Positions 35,039 to 44,934 of a stretch of DNA of 61,147 nucleotides are shown piece after piece; position 1 is the stretch's first letter, and each line of letters begins with the position of its first letter. The stretch is from a virus (Duplodnaviria > Caudoviricetes). The translations under genes were made by a program, and so were the position numbers. The notes under the pieces are model-generated. The model had not been told where the DNA came from and made no database searches. It saw nothing but the letters and a program-made list of their open reading frames with translations. The DNA is taken from the IMG/VR virus record IMGVR_UViG_3300042472_000140, positions 1 to 61,147 of that record, one strand, 5' to 3'.

Positions 35039-35415
35039 TTTGAGTCACCCTTAATAAATCCACACGTCTCGTACCTTAGTACAAGTGGCGCACTCTTTAA
35101 GGATGTGTAAATGTACTTATATCCCTTGTCATTTGCAATAGCTGTCAGACAATTAATTAAAAATTCTATTGCCTCTTTTCTATCTTTGTCTCTGTACTCC
35201 TTGTTCGACACGATGTACTCTAGCCATGCCGTCTTTGAGTTCGTGAAGTACAAGAACCCAGCGCATATATCAACGCCACCTTTTGATATCATCACTCCAC
35301 CAGATCCATCCTCTGGAAGCATGTCCTTTGCTGGAGCTGCCCAGTTCCAAGATTCCCACCATGGCTTAAGTATGGTGTCATAGTCTGACGGTATCAGCAT
35401 CCTTACCTCCATCAT
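35011..35415 (-). CDS. GNAT-like acetyltransferase
   Basis: VSNKEYR...A...GY...YE-x-x-GF pattern. Confidence 0.7.
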   Translation of the reverse strand: MMEVRMLIPSDYDTILKPWWESWNWAAPAKDMLPEDGSGGVMISKGGVDICAGFLYFTNSKTAWLEYIVSNKEYRDKDRKEAIEFLINCLTAIANDKGYKYIYTSLKSAPLVLRYETCGFIKGDSKCQEMLKVI

Positions 35416-36164
35416 GGCTTTGATATAAATACGTTCGATGTAACTGCAAATATCTCTGTCTCTGTTGTGTCATAGTTTGTCAGTGTGAGGTCCATATAGT
35501 AACCCCTAGCTCCATAACTCTCTGCCTGAGCGTTCTTTACAAATACTATAACGTTTCCAGCAACTGGTGTTACAGCTGTAGACACTAATGTGATAGTATT
35601 TGATGTATGTGAAGCAACCACTCCAAGTAGAACAAGTGTATTAGTTCCAGATATCTTATATACCGTATCGCCAGCAGATATGCTAGTTCCAATGTTAAAC
35701 GAGAACGTCAGTACTAATGACAAGTAACTAGCCATAGAACCTATTCCTTGAGTAGATATAGACTTCGTGTCATAGTTCTCAGTGTCTAGTCTTCTGATGT
35801 ATGAGTACCACATGCCCTCCTTCTCTGTGAAGTATGAGCTGTCCATGTGACCAGTAGACATGTCTGTAATTATATCAACCTCCCAAGACTTTGTACTGTC
35901 TAGAGATATAGACTTGAACATCTTATTAACTGCGTAATCTTGATTAAATATGGTCTGTATAGATGACGGATACATAAAGTAATCGTCATTATCTACATCA
36001 TAGTAGAACGCATTTCTAGTAGCGTTACTGTTGTGTTGATACAACTCACCATTCTTCCATGTGTAGAACGAGCTGTTCATCCCTATCATCCACTCTGGCT
36101 CATATGACCAGAAGGATGTCCATCCCTTTGAAAGGTCAGAATATGAAACTGTGTATACACTCAT
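35412..36164 (-). CDS. Tail/stabilisation-related structural protein
   Basis: KGWTSF-x-SY-x-PE...KMFKSI...KEGMWY...RGYY motifs. Confidence 0.65.
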   Translation of the reverse strand: MSVYTVSYSDLSKGWTSFWSYEPEWMIGMNSSFYTWKNGELYQHNSNATRNAFYYDVDNDDYFMYPSSIQTIFNQDYAVNKMFKSISLDSTKSWEVDIITDMSTGHMDSSYFTEKEGMWYSYIRRLDTENYDTKSISTQGIGSMASYLSLVLTFSFNIGTSISAGDTVYKISGTNTLVLLGVVASHTSNTITLVSTAVTPVAGNVIVFVKNAQAESYGARGYYMDLTLTNYDTTETEIFAVTSNVFISKP

Positions 36165-36184
36165 AGTGCAAAGATAGTTAAAAT

Positions 36185-37939
36185 CTAGCAGACATTAGTG
36201 TCACATACTTTCCCAGTCTCACATATCTTTATAGAGTAGGTAGATATGTCAATGTTGTACCATCTGCTTCCTCCCATAAACAAGTCTATACCTCTATGAT
36301 CTAAGAATATATCGTCGTTTATGTCTGGAATATTACCTATACCGTTATGGTAAAGTAGACTATAGATAGGAGTAAGTGCACAAGCTCCAGCTCCATTATC
36401 ACTAAAGTTTTCAACGTCAACTGCAAACGGTGTCAACTGTATCCCAGTTGCGACAGATATGTTTACAGTAGCATCAATACTATCGCCAAAGCAGTTAGTA
36501 GCGTTAACAGTTATAGCATACTCACATGCCTCTGTAGGGGTTCCTGATAGCACTCCAGTATTTGTATCAAACAATAGTCCTTGAGGAAGTATACTCGACA
36601 TGCACGCAGTTCCAGCTCTTATTCTTCCATCTCCGAAACTAAGAGTAGGTAGTGCTGTAGCACATATAGTAACATCAGTCTGTACGTTTACAGTTACGTT
36701 CCTAGTTATCGAGTTACAGTCAGTTATTGAGAATATACTTCCCTTAGTTCCACCATTTAGCACGTAGTTATTACATGTAGACACGACTGTCCAACTTGTA
36801 GGGTTGTTTGTAGCACTGAACGCTAAGTTTACAAATCTATTCTGAGTTATATTAATGTCTACCTGATCAATTACTGGTATAGCAACCTCTGGACAGTCGC
36901 ACTCTCCGTACAATATACATAAGCCATCTGCGTTAACAACAACAAACTTTCCACCTGATACTGGAGGAGTTGCAGAGTATGTGTCACTAATTAAGTGGTA
37001 CAAACTAGTGCCGTCAAACAATATACTTCCGTCAGCAACTGTGAATATTCTATCTCCTACGGTTGGCGTTAATCCAACTCCGTCGTGGTAGTAGTTAGTT
37101 GTAGGTGCTTGAGCACACACGTTAGCACTAGTGCCAGCAGTTATGTCAAGATAGAATGATGTCAACGTTGGGTCAACTCTAACTAAAGACCACTCAGTAA
37201 AATATAGTGGAGAGTATGCCTCCAGAATCCCGTATCCAGTAGATAAGAACTTATTAAACTTTATTGATCCAGTGCCATTATCAACTAGTCCGTCGTATGG
37301 ATATACTAAATTTATTTCATTTTGTGGAATTCCTAGTGCTATTAAAGAATTATAATAATCAATATCATTTAATCCAACGTATCCAGTGTCTCCTACTGTA
37401 TTATTATTATACTTTAGTATAAATCTAGCTGGACCTCCAGAAACATCTATGTTATAATCTACAGCTGCATTCCCAATGTCAGACCTAAAATCTACATCTA
37501 AACGCTTTGTAGACGCAACTCCAGAATAACTTGCAGTCCCACCTTCAAGGCTATCCGTATAGTCCCATATTAGGTATAGGTACTCATAGTCGTCTGGATT
37601 GTTGAATACAAAAGTGCCCTCGTATCTACTACCAACAAGAGACATAGGTACTGGAGTGGCTAAAGATATTATCAAGTCCTTATCTGTGGTGTTATATAAT
37701 ATATTAGTAACTAAGTAGTAAGCCTTATTATTTAAACTAGGCTGTAGATCCTTTGTATTTGGGTTAGTGTTTATATCTCCAGTAAATATATCAACAGTGT
37801 CACCATCAGATGGCATGAAGTCTATTCCTCCAATCCCAGTTAATGAATCAAATAATGACAGTCCGTTGTTATTTATATTAACGTTATCAAACTCTAATCC
37901 GCTGCTTCCAGTAGAGCTAAATCCTTGGCTTGTATTCAT
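36185..37939 (-). CDS. Virion protein with putative Ig-like (He_PIG) segment
   Basis: LPQGLLFDTNTGVLSGTPT...YAITVNATN; repeated C...YH-x-G...P...D-x-IF modules. Confidence 0.7.
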   Translation of the reverse strand: MNTSQGFSSTGSSGLEFDNVNINNNGLSLFDSLTGIGGIDFMPSDGDTVDIFTGDINTNPNTKDLQPSLNNKAYYLVTNILYNTTDKDLIISLATPVPMSLVGSRYEGTFVFNNPDDYEYLYLIWDYTDSLEGGTASYSGVASTKRLDVDFRSDIGNAAVDYNIDVSGGPARFILKYNNNTVGDTGYVGLNDIDYYNSLIALGIPQNEINLVYPYDGLVDNGTGSIKFNKFLSTGYGILEAYSPLYFTEWSLVRVDPTLTSFYLDITAGTSANVCAQAPTTNYYHDGVGLTPTVGDRIFTVADGSILFDGTSLYHLISDTYSATPPVSGGKFVVVNADGLCILYGECDCPEVAIPVIDQVDINITQNRFVNLAFSATNNPTSWTVVSTCNNYVLNGGTKGSIFSITDCNSITRNVTVNVQTDVTICATALPTLSFGDGRIRAGTACMSSILPQGLLFDTNTGVLSGTPTEACEYAITVNATNCFGDSIDATVNISVATGIQLTPFAVDVENFSDNGAGACALTPIYSLLYHNGIGNIPDINDDIFLDHRGIDLFMGGSRWYNIDISTYSIKICETGKVCDTNVC

Positions 37940-37942
37940 ATT

Positions 37943-40900
37943 TTATTGTTTAATTCCTTCAGTATTATTACGAACTACAACTACTATATTTATCCTCTTA
38001 CCACTTCCTTGCGTTAAAATAAAGTCTTTATAAAATCCATTACAGTAATTTACACGCACTATCATAGACCTCGTGCCTCCAGTGTTGGCTTGTTGTAGTC
38101 CATATATGTCTTGTGAGCCAGATCCAGTTGGAGTTGTTAACGTCAACCATGAAGTTCCAAATCCATTGTCAACCTTTGTTATTTCCCAAGATGAACTATA
38201 GATGATTGTGAATAACTCTCCAAATGCTTGATTTTTTGTGACTGATAAGCTGTACCTGCTAAGATTTAATGTTTCACAACTAAGAACACTTATGTCATTT
38301 GCCGCTAGTACATACTTACGTGTGTACGGGTCGTACCCTCCTAACTTTTGAGTGTTAGGATTTTCCATCATATTTTTTCTAAAGTATCCAGTCATACCTA
38401 TAGATGAGATAGGTACTATCTGATCAGAAGTCATCTCTAACACAGAACCACGTCTTGAGTCTGTCCAGTATACGTTGTCTCCCCACTCAGCAAACGACTC
38501 TGGGTTGTTGCTTATTCCGAAGTCTCCTGGATACGCTACTTGCGTACCTAGCACTTGAGGTATAGATGCAACCTGGCTCCCTCCAACAGCATCGTATAAT
38601 AAGTTCTTCTCGTACTTAACCTGAGATATCTTATTCTCTTGGAATACCAATAGGTCGGTATCTCTAACGTATAGCTTCTGAATTGGTCCAAACTCACTGT
38701 GTAGGTACTTGAAGTTCGCTATAGATAGGTTGAACTCATTTAAGTTATTAATACCAGTGTTTTGACCGTATATACCGCTGTAACATATCGCATTATAGCT
38801 GTGTCGTTCCTTGTAGTCATCAACGATAGCGTTAACTCTTGGGCTATACTGTAGCTCAATTGCGTTGAAGTCATCGTATATTCTATCTGACTCTAGACCG
38901 TTACCAAAGCACCACCCATTGAACGTTGAGTTGACAGTGTTAGGGTTATTTATCTTAATAACAGCTGGCTGTGATGTAAAATTCAACTGGTTAACGTCAA
39001 TACTACTGAACGACACCTTACCTGGAATTGCTAAACCAATACCTGGGAATGATAAATCAATAACTATGTTATACGCATCTGGTATATAAGTTATCGTATA
39101 TATATCAGTAAGAGCGTCCATTGGATCGTTATTCCATAGCACATACACCGTATCTCCGACAGTGAACCAGTGCTCCATGTCTGACGATGTTATAGCAGAC
39201 CCTGGATTTAGTTGTCCTAAATTCGTCTTTCCTGACGCATAAGTCGGTGCTGTATAGTCTAGGTACGACCAAACTACCACGTGCTTACCAGCTACAATTG
39301 GGTACGTGTGAGCTGTCTCGTGATATAAGTCAATAGGTGACTCCTTTGCAACTGTCTCACATATTGTTGGAGTGTCAGTCTGTGTAATCTCAAATGATAC
39401 TTGGAACTTACTTTGATCATTTCCATGACTATCATAAAGATCTGCGGCAGCACTATTTCCCCAACCTGGATTTGTAGGCATACTAGATACAATACACATC
39501 CTTACTGGACCTGGATATGAAGATGATGTAGTAATTACATTATTTTCATAATCTGAATTCGATCCAGTAGCAAACACATAACTATGACCTCTTCTAAATC
39601 TAACCTGAGATCCATATATTTCAGTTCCAGTAACATCAATATAAGAAAAATGATTTCTTGCTCCAGACTCGTACCACCACTCTTCAATATTATCATACAT
39701 AGAACTAGATGGAGTAAATTGCTGTAGTCCTTGAACTGAATTATTTGGATTGAATGTATCCTCTACTACTCGCATAGTAATAACAGCATTAGGAAATATT
39801 TTTCTATCTACTTCAAAAGTTGATGGAGACCAATTTTTTCCAGGAACTATAGCTATAGGATGATCTAAAGAATTTAATATTGGAGTAGTTGCTCTGCAAT
39901 TAAAAACCCATTTATCTCCAACAGTGTATGCTGATTGCATAAACTTAATGTAAAAATAATATCCTGGATTAGCAGTTCCTAGATATGTTATTGGCTGATT
40001 AGATGCTATTTCTTGATCATTATTTGAAAAAATATTAAGACCAACTGGATTTTTAAATACTGAATATGTAGTAGAAGAAGTTATTACTATGGATATTCTT
40101 TCATCATTATAATTTGGGGCTTCAGGTGTAAAAATAGTATTTGCTGGATCAACTATTATGCCATTACTATTTCCACTACCATAATATATTGGGATATCTA
40201 TATATGTTTGATTAACAACTGGGGGATATTGCTCTTTTGTATTTCCACTCCATATAACCCTTGATACTCCAACACCAGTCCATGTATAATTAAACTGATT
40301 AGCATTAGTAAGCTCTGTTAAAGCATCTACTTTTATTGTAAAATAAAGACCAGCTGCCTCACCACCAATACTACCTAAGAAGTTAGATGGTTGACTCTTT
40401 AACTGAAGTATCTTGTACTGTTTATTAGAGTATGTTGGTCCTCCAGTCGTTGATTTAAATATAACGTACCCACCAACTGCAAACTTATCCCTATCAGACT
40501 CAGATATTAAGAAGTGTCTATAAAGTCCATCTATATAGTATAGGATAGGAAATATGTTGTAGTACTCCTTCTTGTTCTGCTTAATAAGCAGTCGATAACT
40601 AGATGCCCACACTGGCGGCTGATTATACACGCTTGCTATAAGACTGTTAGCTGTGTTGGACTGTGTTGCAGGGATGTATACAGTATTGTTTGCTGTATTG
40701 GTTGTGTTTGCGTTAGTAAAGTATGCAGACGTAAGAGCTGTTGTATGTCTACCATAGTCGTCTAAATACTCAATAGCAATCTCGTAGTCTCTGTCTGATC
40801 TAAATGTAGACTTAGGAGCTTCTGAACTAACACCCTCAGATACAGACGTTAAGTTTATCTTAATATTTATAGGCTCATTATTTACACCTACAACGTTGTA

Positions 40901-41905
40901 GAACTGTGTATAGTTACCGTACATCAGCCTACTATCAACAAAGTCTTGAGCCTTAGCGTGCAGTGGAACATTATCAAACGTTCTAGTAAGTTGGTCAGAT
41001 GTAAGTATAGTGTACGTCTTGTTGTTATTAAACGTTAACGTCTTATGTAATCCATCTCCGAATGCGAGCTTCTTCTTGTTAAATATTTCAACAACGCTAA
41101 TATTAGAACTCATCTCGTCGTGCATGAGAACTTGTATGTCTGTTACGTTACGTTTACCAGTGTTAAATGTTATGTCAACAGTGTTGAACTTATTAATCAT
41201 AGCCTTGTTATGACCAGATGCGTAGTCGTACACGTATGCCTTCGGACTGAATGACACAGCCGATAATGGAGACATCGCACTGTACTGACCGTCTATGTAC
41301 TTGTAACGATAAGAGAACGATAAGAACTTCTCAGATATGTTGTTGGCTTGTGTTGTCGTGTCGTTAAACAGTCTAAGTGTTGGTGGATTCAATGGTGGAG
41401 CCATTATTACGCTTATGTCGTCTGCAATTCGTGCGTCATCAATGGCGTAACCCTTTGCTCTTGAAATGTTTATCTTTCTAGGTGGGTTAAGGTCATCCGT
41501 CCAGTATAAGAACCCGTTTATGTAGTTTATACCAGTTATTATATAGTTCCCATTAAAATTTAATGTATCATCTGTACAAGCTAGTACCCTAGTAGTAATT
41601 CCAGTTATAGTGTTGTGCTCAATTACAGCGTCAAAGTCACCAGTGATAATCCAGTATATAAGACTATCTGCATCATATGTTACAGCTCCAATAGTTCTTG
41701 CATTTATAATATCTACACCAAAAAGTGCAGCAAGGTCAGTCTTAATGGTGTTACCTAACGAATTACGAGCAGACCCAATGTTAGAACCCTCGTCTGTATC
41801 CACGTCAATATTCAAGGCGTTACGGTAAACACCCTCTTGGATTAATCTCTCGTCGAGATCTTTATCCATATTACCTCCTACAAAAACGTTTGTAATGTCT
41901 GCCAT
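37943..41905 (-). CDS. Tail stabilisation/nozzle (muzzle-like) protein
   Basis: MDKDLDERL...YRNALN; NPPRKIN; FDNVP...AQ...RLMYGNY; GISNNPESF; LGGYDPY. Confidence 0.75.
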   Translation of the reverse strand: MADITNVFVGGNMDKDLDERLIQEGVYRNALNIDVDTDEGSNIGSARNSLGNTIKTDLAALFGVDIINARTIGAVTYDADSLIYWIITGDFDAVIEHNTITGITTRVLACTDDTLNFNGNYIITGINYINGFLYWTDDLNPPRKINISRAKGYAIDDARIADDISVIMAPPLNPPTLRLFNDTTTQANNISEKFLSFSYRYKYIDGQYSAMSPLSAVSFSPKAYVYDYASGHNKAMINKFNTVDITFNTGKRNVTDIQVLMHDEMSSNISVVEIFNKKKLAFGDGLHKTLTFNNNKTYTILTSDQLTRTFDNVPLHAKAQDFVDSRLMYGNYTQFYNVVGVNNEPINIKINLTSVSEGVSSEAPKSTFRSDRDYEIAIEYLDDYGRHTTALTSAYFTNANTTNTANNTVYIPATQSNTANSLIASVYNQPPVWASSYRLLIKQNKKEYYNIFPILYYIDGLYRHFLISESDRDKFAVGGYVIFKSTTGGPTYSNKQYKILQLKSQPSNFLGSIGGEAAGLYFTIKVDALTELTNANQFNYTWTGVGVSRVIWSGNTKEQYPPVVNQTYIDIPIYYGSGNSNGIIVDPANTIFTPEAPNYNDERISIVITSSTTYSVFKNPVGLNIFSNNDQEIASNQPITYLGTANPGYYFYIKFMQSAYTVGDKWVFNCRATTPILNSLDHPIAIVPGKNWSPSTFEVDRKIFPNAVITMRVVEDTFNPNNSVQGLQQFTPSSSMYDNIEEWWYESGARNHFSYIDVTGTEIYGSQVRFRRGHSYVFATGSNSDYENNVITTSSSYPGPVRMCIVSSMPTNPGWGNSAAADLYDSHGNDQSKFQVSFEITQTDTPTICETVAKESPIDLYHETAHTYPIVAGKHVVVWSYLDYTAPTYASGKTNLGQLNPGSAITSSDMEHWFTVGDTVYVLWNNDPMDALTDIYTITYIPDAYNIVIDLSFPGIGLAIPGKVSFSSIDVNQLNFTSQPAVIKINNPNTVNSTFNGWCFGNGLESDRIYDDFNAIELQYSPRVNAIVDDYKERHSYNAICYSGIYGQNTGINNLNEFNLSIANFKYLHSEFGPIQKLYVRDTDLLVFQENKISQVKYEKNLLYDAVGGSQVASIPQVLGTQVAYPGDFGISNNPESFAEWGDNVYWTDSRRGSVLEMTSDQIVPISSIGMTGYFRKNMMENPNTQKLGGYDPYTRKYVLAANDISVLSCETLNLSRYSLSVTKNQAFGELFTIIYSSSWEITKVDNGFGTSWLTLTTPTGSGSQDIYGLQQANTGGTRSMIVRVNYCNGFYKDFILTQGSGKRINIVVVVRNNTEGIKQ

Positions 41906-41906
41906 A

Positions 41907-42791
41907 TTATTTTAATTGTCTGCTCTGACCACGAAGGCTCATTAATAATCTTGATGGGTGCATGTCACTAAGTCTTAACTTTGCGTTTCTAAACTCTGCC
42001 TGCTTCTCGTCACGTGCCAACTTTCTGTCGTACACTGGGATGTTAACCTTGCCGTTAAGTAGCTTCCACTTGATGTATCTGTTGACGAACTCCTCAGCAA
42101 ACTTGTGGACGTTAATGTTAGCATCAACTCCGTTCGCCATGCCGTCAGATATGTACTCTAGAACGACCAACTGGTTAGCGATTCCAGAAGAGAAGTCTAT
42201 AACACCGTTATTTACCCTAAAGGACGGTCCTGCGAACATATCTCTAGTGTCTGCACCGTATCTAGCACCGATGCTGTATCCGAAGTACCAGCAGTCGTCT
42301 ATGAACCATCCCATGCATCCGCAATAAATTCCAGGTCCGTTGTACTGTGTCTGGTTGATTCTAGATAGGTCAAGGTTAGATGTCCCAGTCAGAACGTTTC
42401 CATCTATGTCGAACAATAAGTTCAAGTTGTTATCCTGCAAATACCCTAACGCTGTGTTAGCCATTCTGTTCTCGTACAGCGGTCTGAGTGTTCCTCCGAC
42501 GTTAATTGAGATGCGTATGTAGTTCACGTAGTCAGACGGTAGGATGAACTTTAAGTCGTCCCCAACCTCTAGCTCGATAGAGTTAACTGGCTTCACCTTA
42601 GAGTCAAAGTTCAGTAACTTGATAGCCTCCTTAGCATAGAAAATAATCTCGTGTCTTCTGACGTTGTTTATCTGCTTATCGTTTCCGACATACATTATCA
42701 TGAAGTTGTTCACTATGTCAGACAACGTAGTGTACTGGTATGACCCATAGTTCGCTGGATCTGAGTAGTACTGGTATGGAGTAATTGGCAT
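41907..42791 (-). CDS. Head-tail connector/ring protein
   Basis: LPSDYVNY, LEYISDG and AKLRLS motifs; position. Confidence 0.65.
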   Translation of the reverse strand: MPITPYQYYSDPANYGSYQYTTLSDIVNNFMIMYVGNDKQINNVRRHEIIFYAKEAIKLLNFDSKVKPVNSIELEVGDDLKFILPSDYVNYIRISINVGGTLRPLYENRMANTALGYLQDNNLNLLFDIDGNVLTGTSNLDLSRINQTQYNGPGIYCGCMGWFIDDCWYFGYSIGARYGADTRDMFAGPSFRVNNGVIDFSSGIANQLVVLEYISDGMANGVDANINVHKFAEEFVNRYIKWKLLNGKVNIPVYDRKLARDEKQAEFRNAKLRLSDMHPSRLLMSLRGQSRQLK

Positions 42792-42794
42792 CTG

Positions 42795-43487
42795 TTATTG
42801 TTTATCTTGTTTGTCTTGAACCTCCTCAGAAGATGCTGCCTGAGCAATGTCTGCCTCTCTAATTGATATCCCAGCGTACTGAAGAATCTTAACAACTAGC
42901 TTAGTTTCGTCCGCTATTGGTAACTCAAAGTCCTGGTAATCTATAGCTCCTTGGTCAAATATTGGTGCACCGTCTATAAGTGATACCCACGTCCACTTAG
43001 GGTCAACTGGGGTTCTCAAGTAGTCTAGCGTTATGTCAGAAACTATAGTTGTAGGGTAAACCTTTATAGAGTTATTGTTTTGAGTGTACACTGGATAGTC
43101 TGTAGTAGGACTAGTCATGTTAGACGTTAGTAAGTTCAGTATGTTACTAGGAGCCTTGTCAACCTCTACTGCGTCGTTGTATATTACCGTCTGTGTTAAA
43201 TATAAATCAGATGGAAGTGGGAACTGTGACACCACATACGTAAGAGCTAACGGGTCTGGTCTGAATAAATCTAGTACCTCCTCTGCCTTTCTAACTATGT
43301 TTGAGTATCCGACACCATTCAAGCGAGCGTTCTGCTTGTTCATGGCATTAGAGTACGTGTATATGTAGTCCTCGAATATCTCCATCTGAGCTTGTTTAGC
43401 AAACAGATTAAACTCGAACGGAGTTATGTAACCTCTATTGTCTTTGCTGATGATGGATAGTACTGTATTTCTAACGCTGTCGATCAT
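42795..43487 (-). CDS. Head-tail connector/ring protein
   Basis: K-x-NRGYITP-x-EFN-x-FA-x-QAQ, YLR-x-P-x-x-PKW and DFELP motifs; position. Confidence 0.7.
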   Translation of the reverse strand: MIDSVRNTVLSIISKDNRGYITPFEFNLFAKQAQMEIFEDYIYTYSNAMNKQNARLNGVGYSNIVRKAEEVLDLFRPDPLALTYVVSQFPLPSDLYLTQTVIYNDAVEVDKAPSNILNLLTSNMTSPTTDYPVYTQNNNSIKVYPTTIVSDITLDYLRTPVDPKWTWVSLIDGAPIFDQGAIDYQDFELPIADETKLVVKILQYAGISIREADIAQAASSEEVQDKQDKQ

Positions 43488-43524
43488 TGATTATAATTTA
43501 TACAAAGATAGTATTTTATATCTA

Positions 43525-43678
43525 ACTAAATGTAGCAAGACACATGATAGAGATGTAAATGCTTCAAAAAATATTAAAAACTTCGGGCTTAGGAACAAGC
43601 CTTTAAATGTTAACGTGAGGCATTTAGCTTGTGCGTAGTTTAAGAAACCAACACTCTTTTAGGTTGTTGATAGTTCAC
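43525..43678 (+). pseudogene. tnpB: IS200/IS605-family remnant: tnpB 3' end plus right end
   Basis: KCSKTHDRDVNASKNI (TnpB C-terminal motif), stop at 43638, subterminal CAACA/TGTTG hairpin, terminal TTCAC. Confidence 0.8.
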
Positions 43679-43690
43679 ACAAAGATAATG

Positions 43691-43720
43691 AAAAAAAAGG
43701 CACTACCGAAGCAGTGCCTT
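43691..43720 (-). terminator. Intrinsic terminator
   Basis: AAGGCACT/AGTGCCTT stem with an A run on +. Confidence 0.75.
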
Positions 43721-43745
43721 GAATTTAAGATACGTAATTTAACTA

Positions 43746-44066
43746 TTATGCAATAGCGATAGACGTAATTAATTGTTGCGTTGCTCCAACTAATGGTAAA
43801 TCAACAACAATAATAGCTGGACATGGTACAGCTTTAAAATCTTTATCTTGTGCTAAAGCATTAATTACAGCAGCATGAGATGCATAAGTTGCATCAGCAG
43901 TTGTAAATGTAATTGTAATTACATCAGCTGTAGCTACACCTCCTACAGCAGTAAGTACTACCGTTGCGTTTGATGGTGTTGTTACAAAATAATTTGCATC
44001 TGTAGGGATGTAATCCTTTACTAATGATGTTGCAGCACCAATTGTGAACTCTAAAAATCTTGCCAT
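43746..44066 (-). CDS. Small structural protein (possible capsid decoration)
   Basis: Ala/Thr/Val-rich; codon style like the capsid gene; own promoter and terminator. Confidence 0.65.
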   Translation of the reverse strand: MARFLEFTIGAATSLVKDYIPTDANYFVTTPSNATVVLTAVGGVATADVITITFTTADATYASHAAVINALAQDKDFKAVPCPAIIVVDLPLVGATQQLITSIAIA

Positions 44067-44108
44067 TTTAAAATGTTTAATAGTTAATAACTAGCACAAA
44101 GATACTAA

Positions 44109-44867
44109 TTATTCTGCAAACATGTTCTCAAGAACCTTGAAGAAGTCTAACCCCTCGTCAGAGTGCAACCACGACGACAACGCATCAACTGGCTTCATTC
44201 CAAAAGGAACCGTAAGAATCTTCTTCTTATTGTCAGCTAGGTTATAGAAAATATCCTTGTCTCCTCTGATTGTAACTACCTTCTCTTGTATTGCTCTAGA
44301 TGCTAAGTTATTAAGCTCCATGTCTGGATCTCCAATAGCATCTAAGAAATCTGATGGGTTGTTCTCTGCGTAGCGCATTAGGTCATACTTAACCTCAGCA
44401 GTTGACATCTTGTCAACGTTTCCACGTAAGAACGTTCTTGCTAAACCTAGCATAGTGTTCAAGTCCAACTGCTTTGCAGCAATGATAGCGTCTGTACGAA
44501 GGTCTAACTCCTCCATTCGCACTTGAGCCTCAACCTCTGGGTCGTACTCAAAGAAAACTCCACCACCATTAGCCTCATTGCCAGGATGAATAGCTAAAAA
44601 ATCTTGTTTTGACTTGTCAGTCTTTGGTACGTTTAATATACCCTCTAAAAAAATTATTGGTTCAACGATAGCTGTATCGTCTTGCTCGTCTAAAAACGGT
44701 GATGCATGGTTACGTGAGTAACGCATAGATCTATTTCTACCAGTCTCTGGGTCGTTATATAGCAACCTGCTACGTCTTCCATCCTTAGATGCAATATACA
44801 TGCTCAGTGGAGCCATGTCGTTTGACAGTACATAGGTACGGTCTTTTAGTTCAATTTGTTTTTTCAT
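44109..44867 (-). CDS. Hypothetical protein downstream of the capsid gene
   Basis: ORF track. Confidence 0.75.
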   Translation of the reverse strand: MKKQIELKDRTYVLSNDMAPLSMYIASKDGRRSRLLYNDPETGRNRSMRYSRNHASPFLDEQDDTAIVEPIIFLEGILNVPKTDKSKQDFLAIHPGNEANGGGVFFEYDPEVEAQVRMEELDLRTDAIIAAKQLDLNTMLGLARTFLRGNVDKMSTAEVKYDLMRYAENNPSDFLDAIGDPDMELNNLASRAIQEKVVTIRGDKDIFYNLADNKKKILTVPFGMKPVDALSSWLHSDEGLDFFKVLENMFAE

Positions 44868-44886
44868 TATTATTAGATTAGAATTA

Positions 44887-44924
44887 AAAAAAAAAACAGA
44901 GAGGAATATTTCTACTCCTCTCTG
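44887..44924 (-). terminator. Terminator after the major capsid gene
   Basis: CAGAGAGGA/TCCTCTCTG stem with a long A run on +. Confidence 0.75.
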
Positions 44925-44934
44925 GTATTAAGTG

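Noticed and set aside
43438-43638. 66-aa ORF as a functional gene
   Set aside because: Its first half is antisense to a ring-protein gene and promoter; only the end is tnpB-derived.
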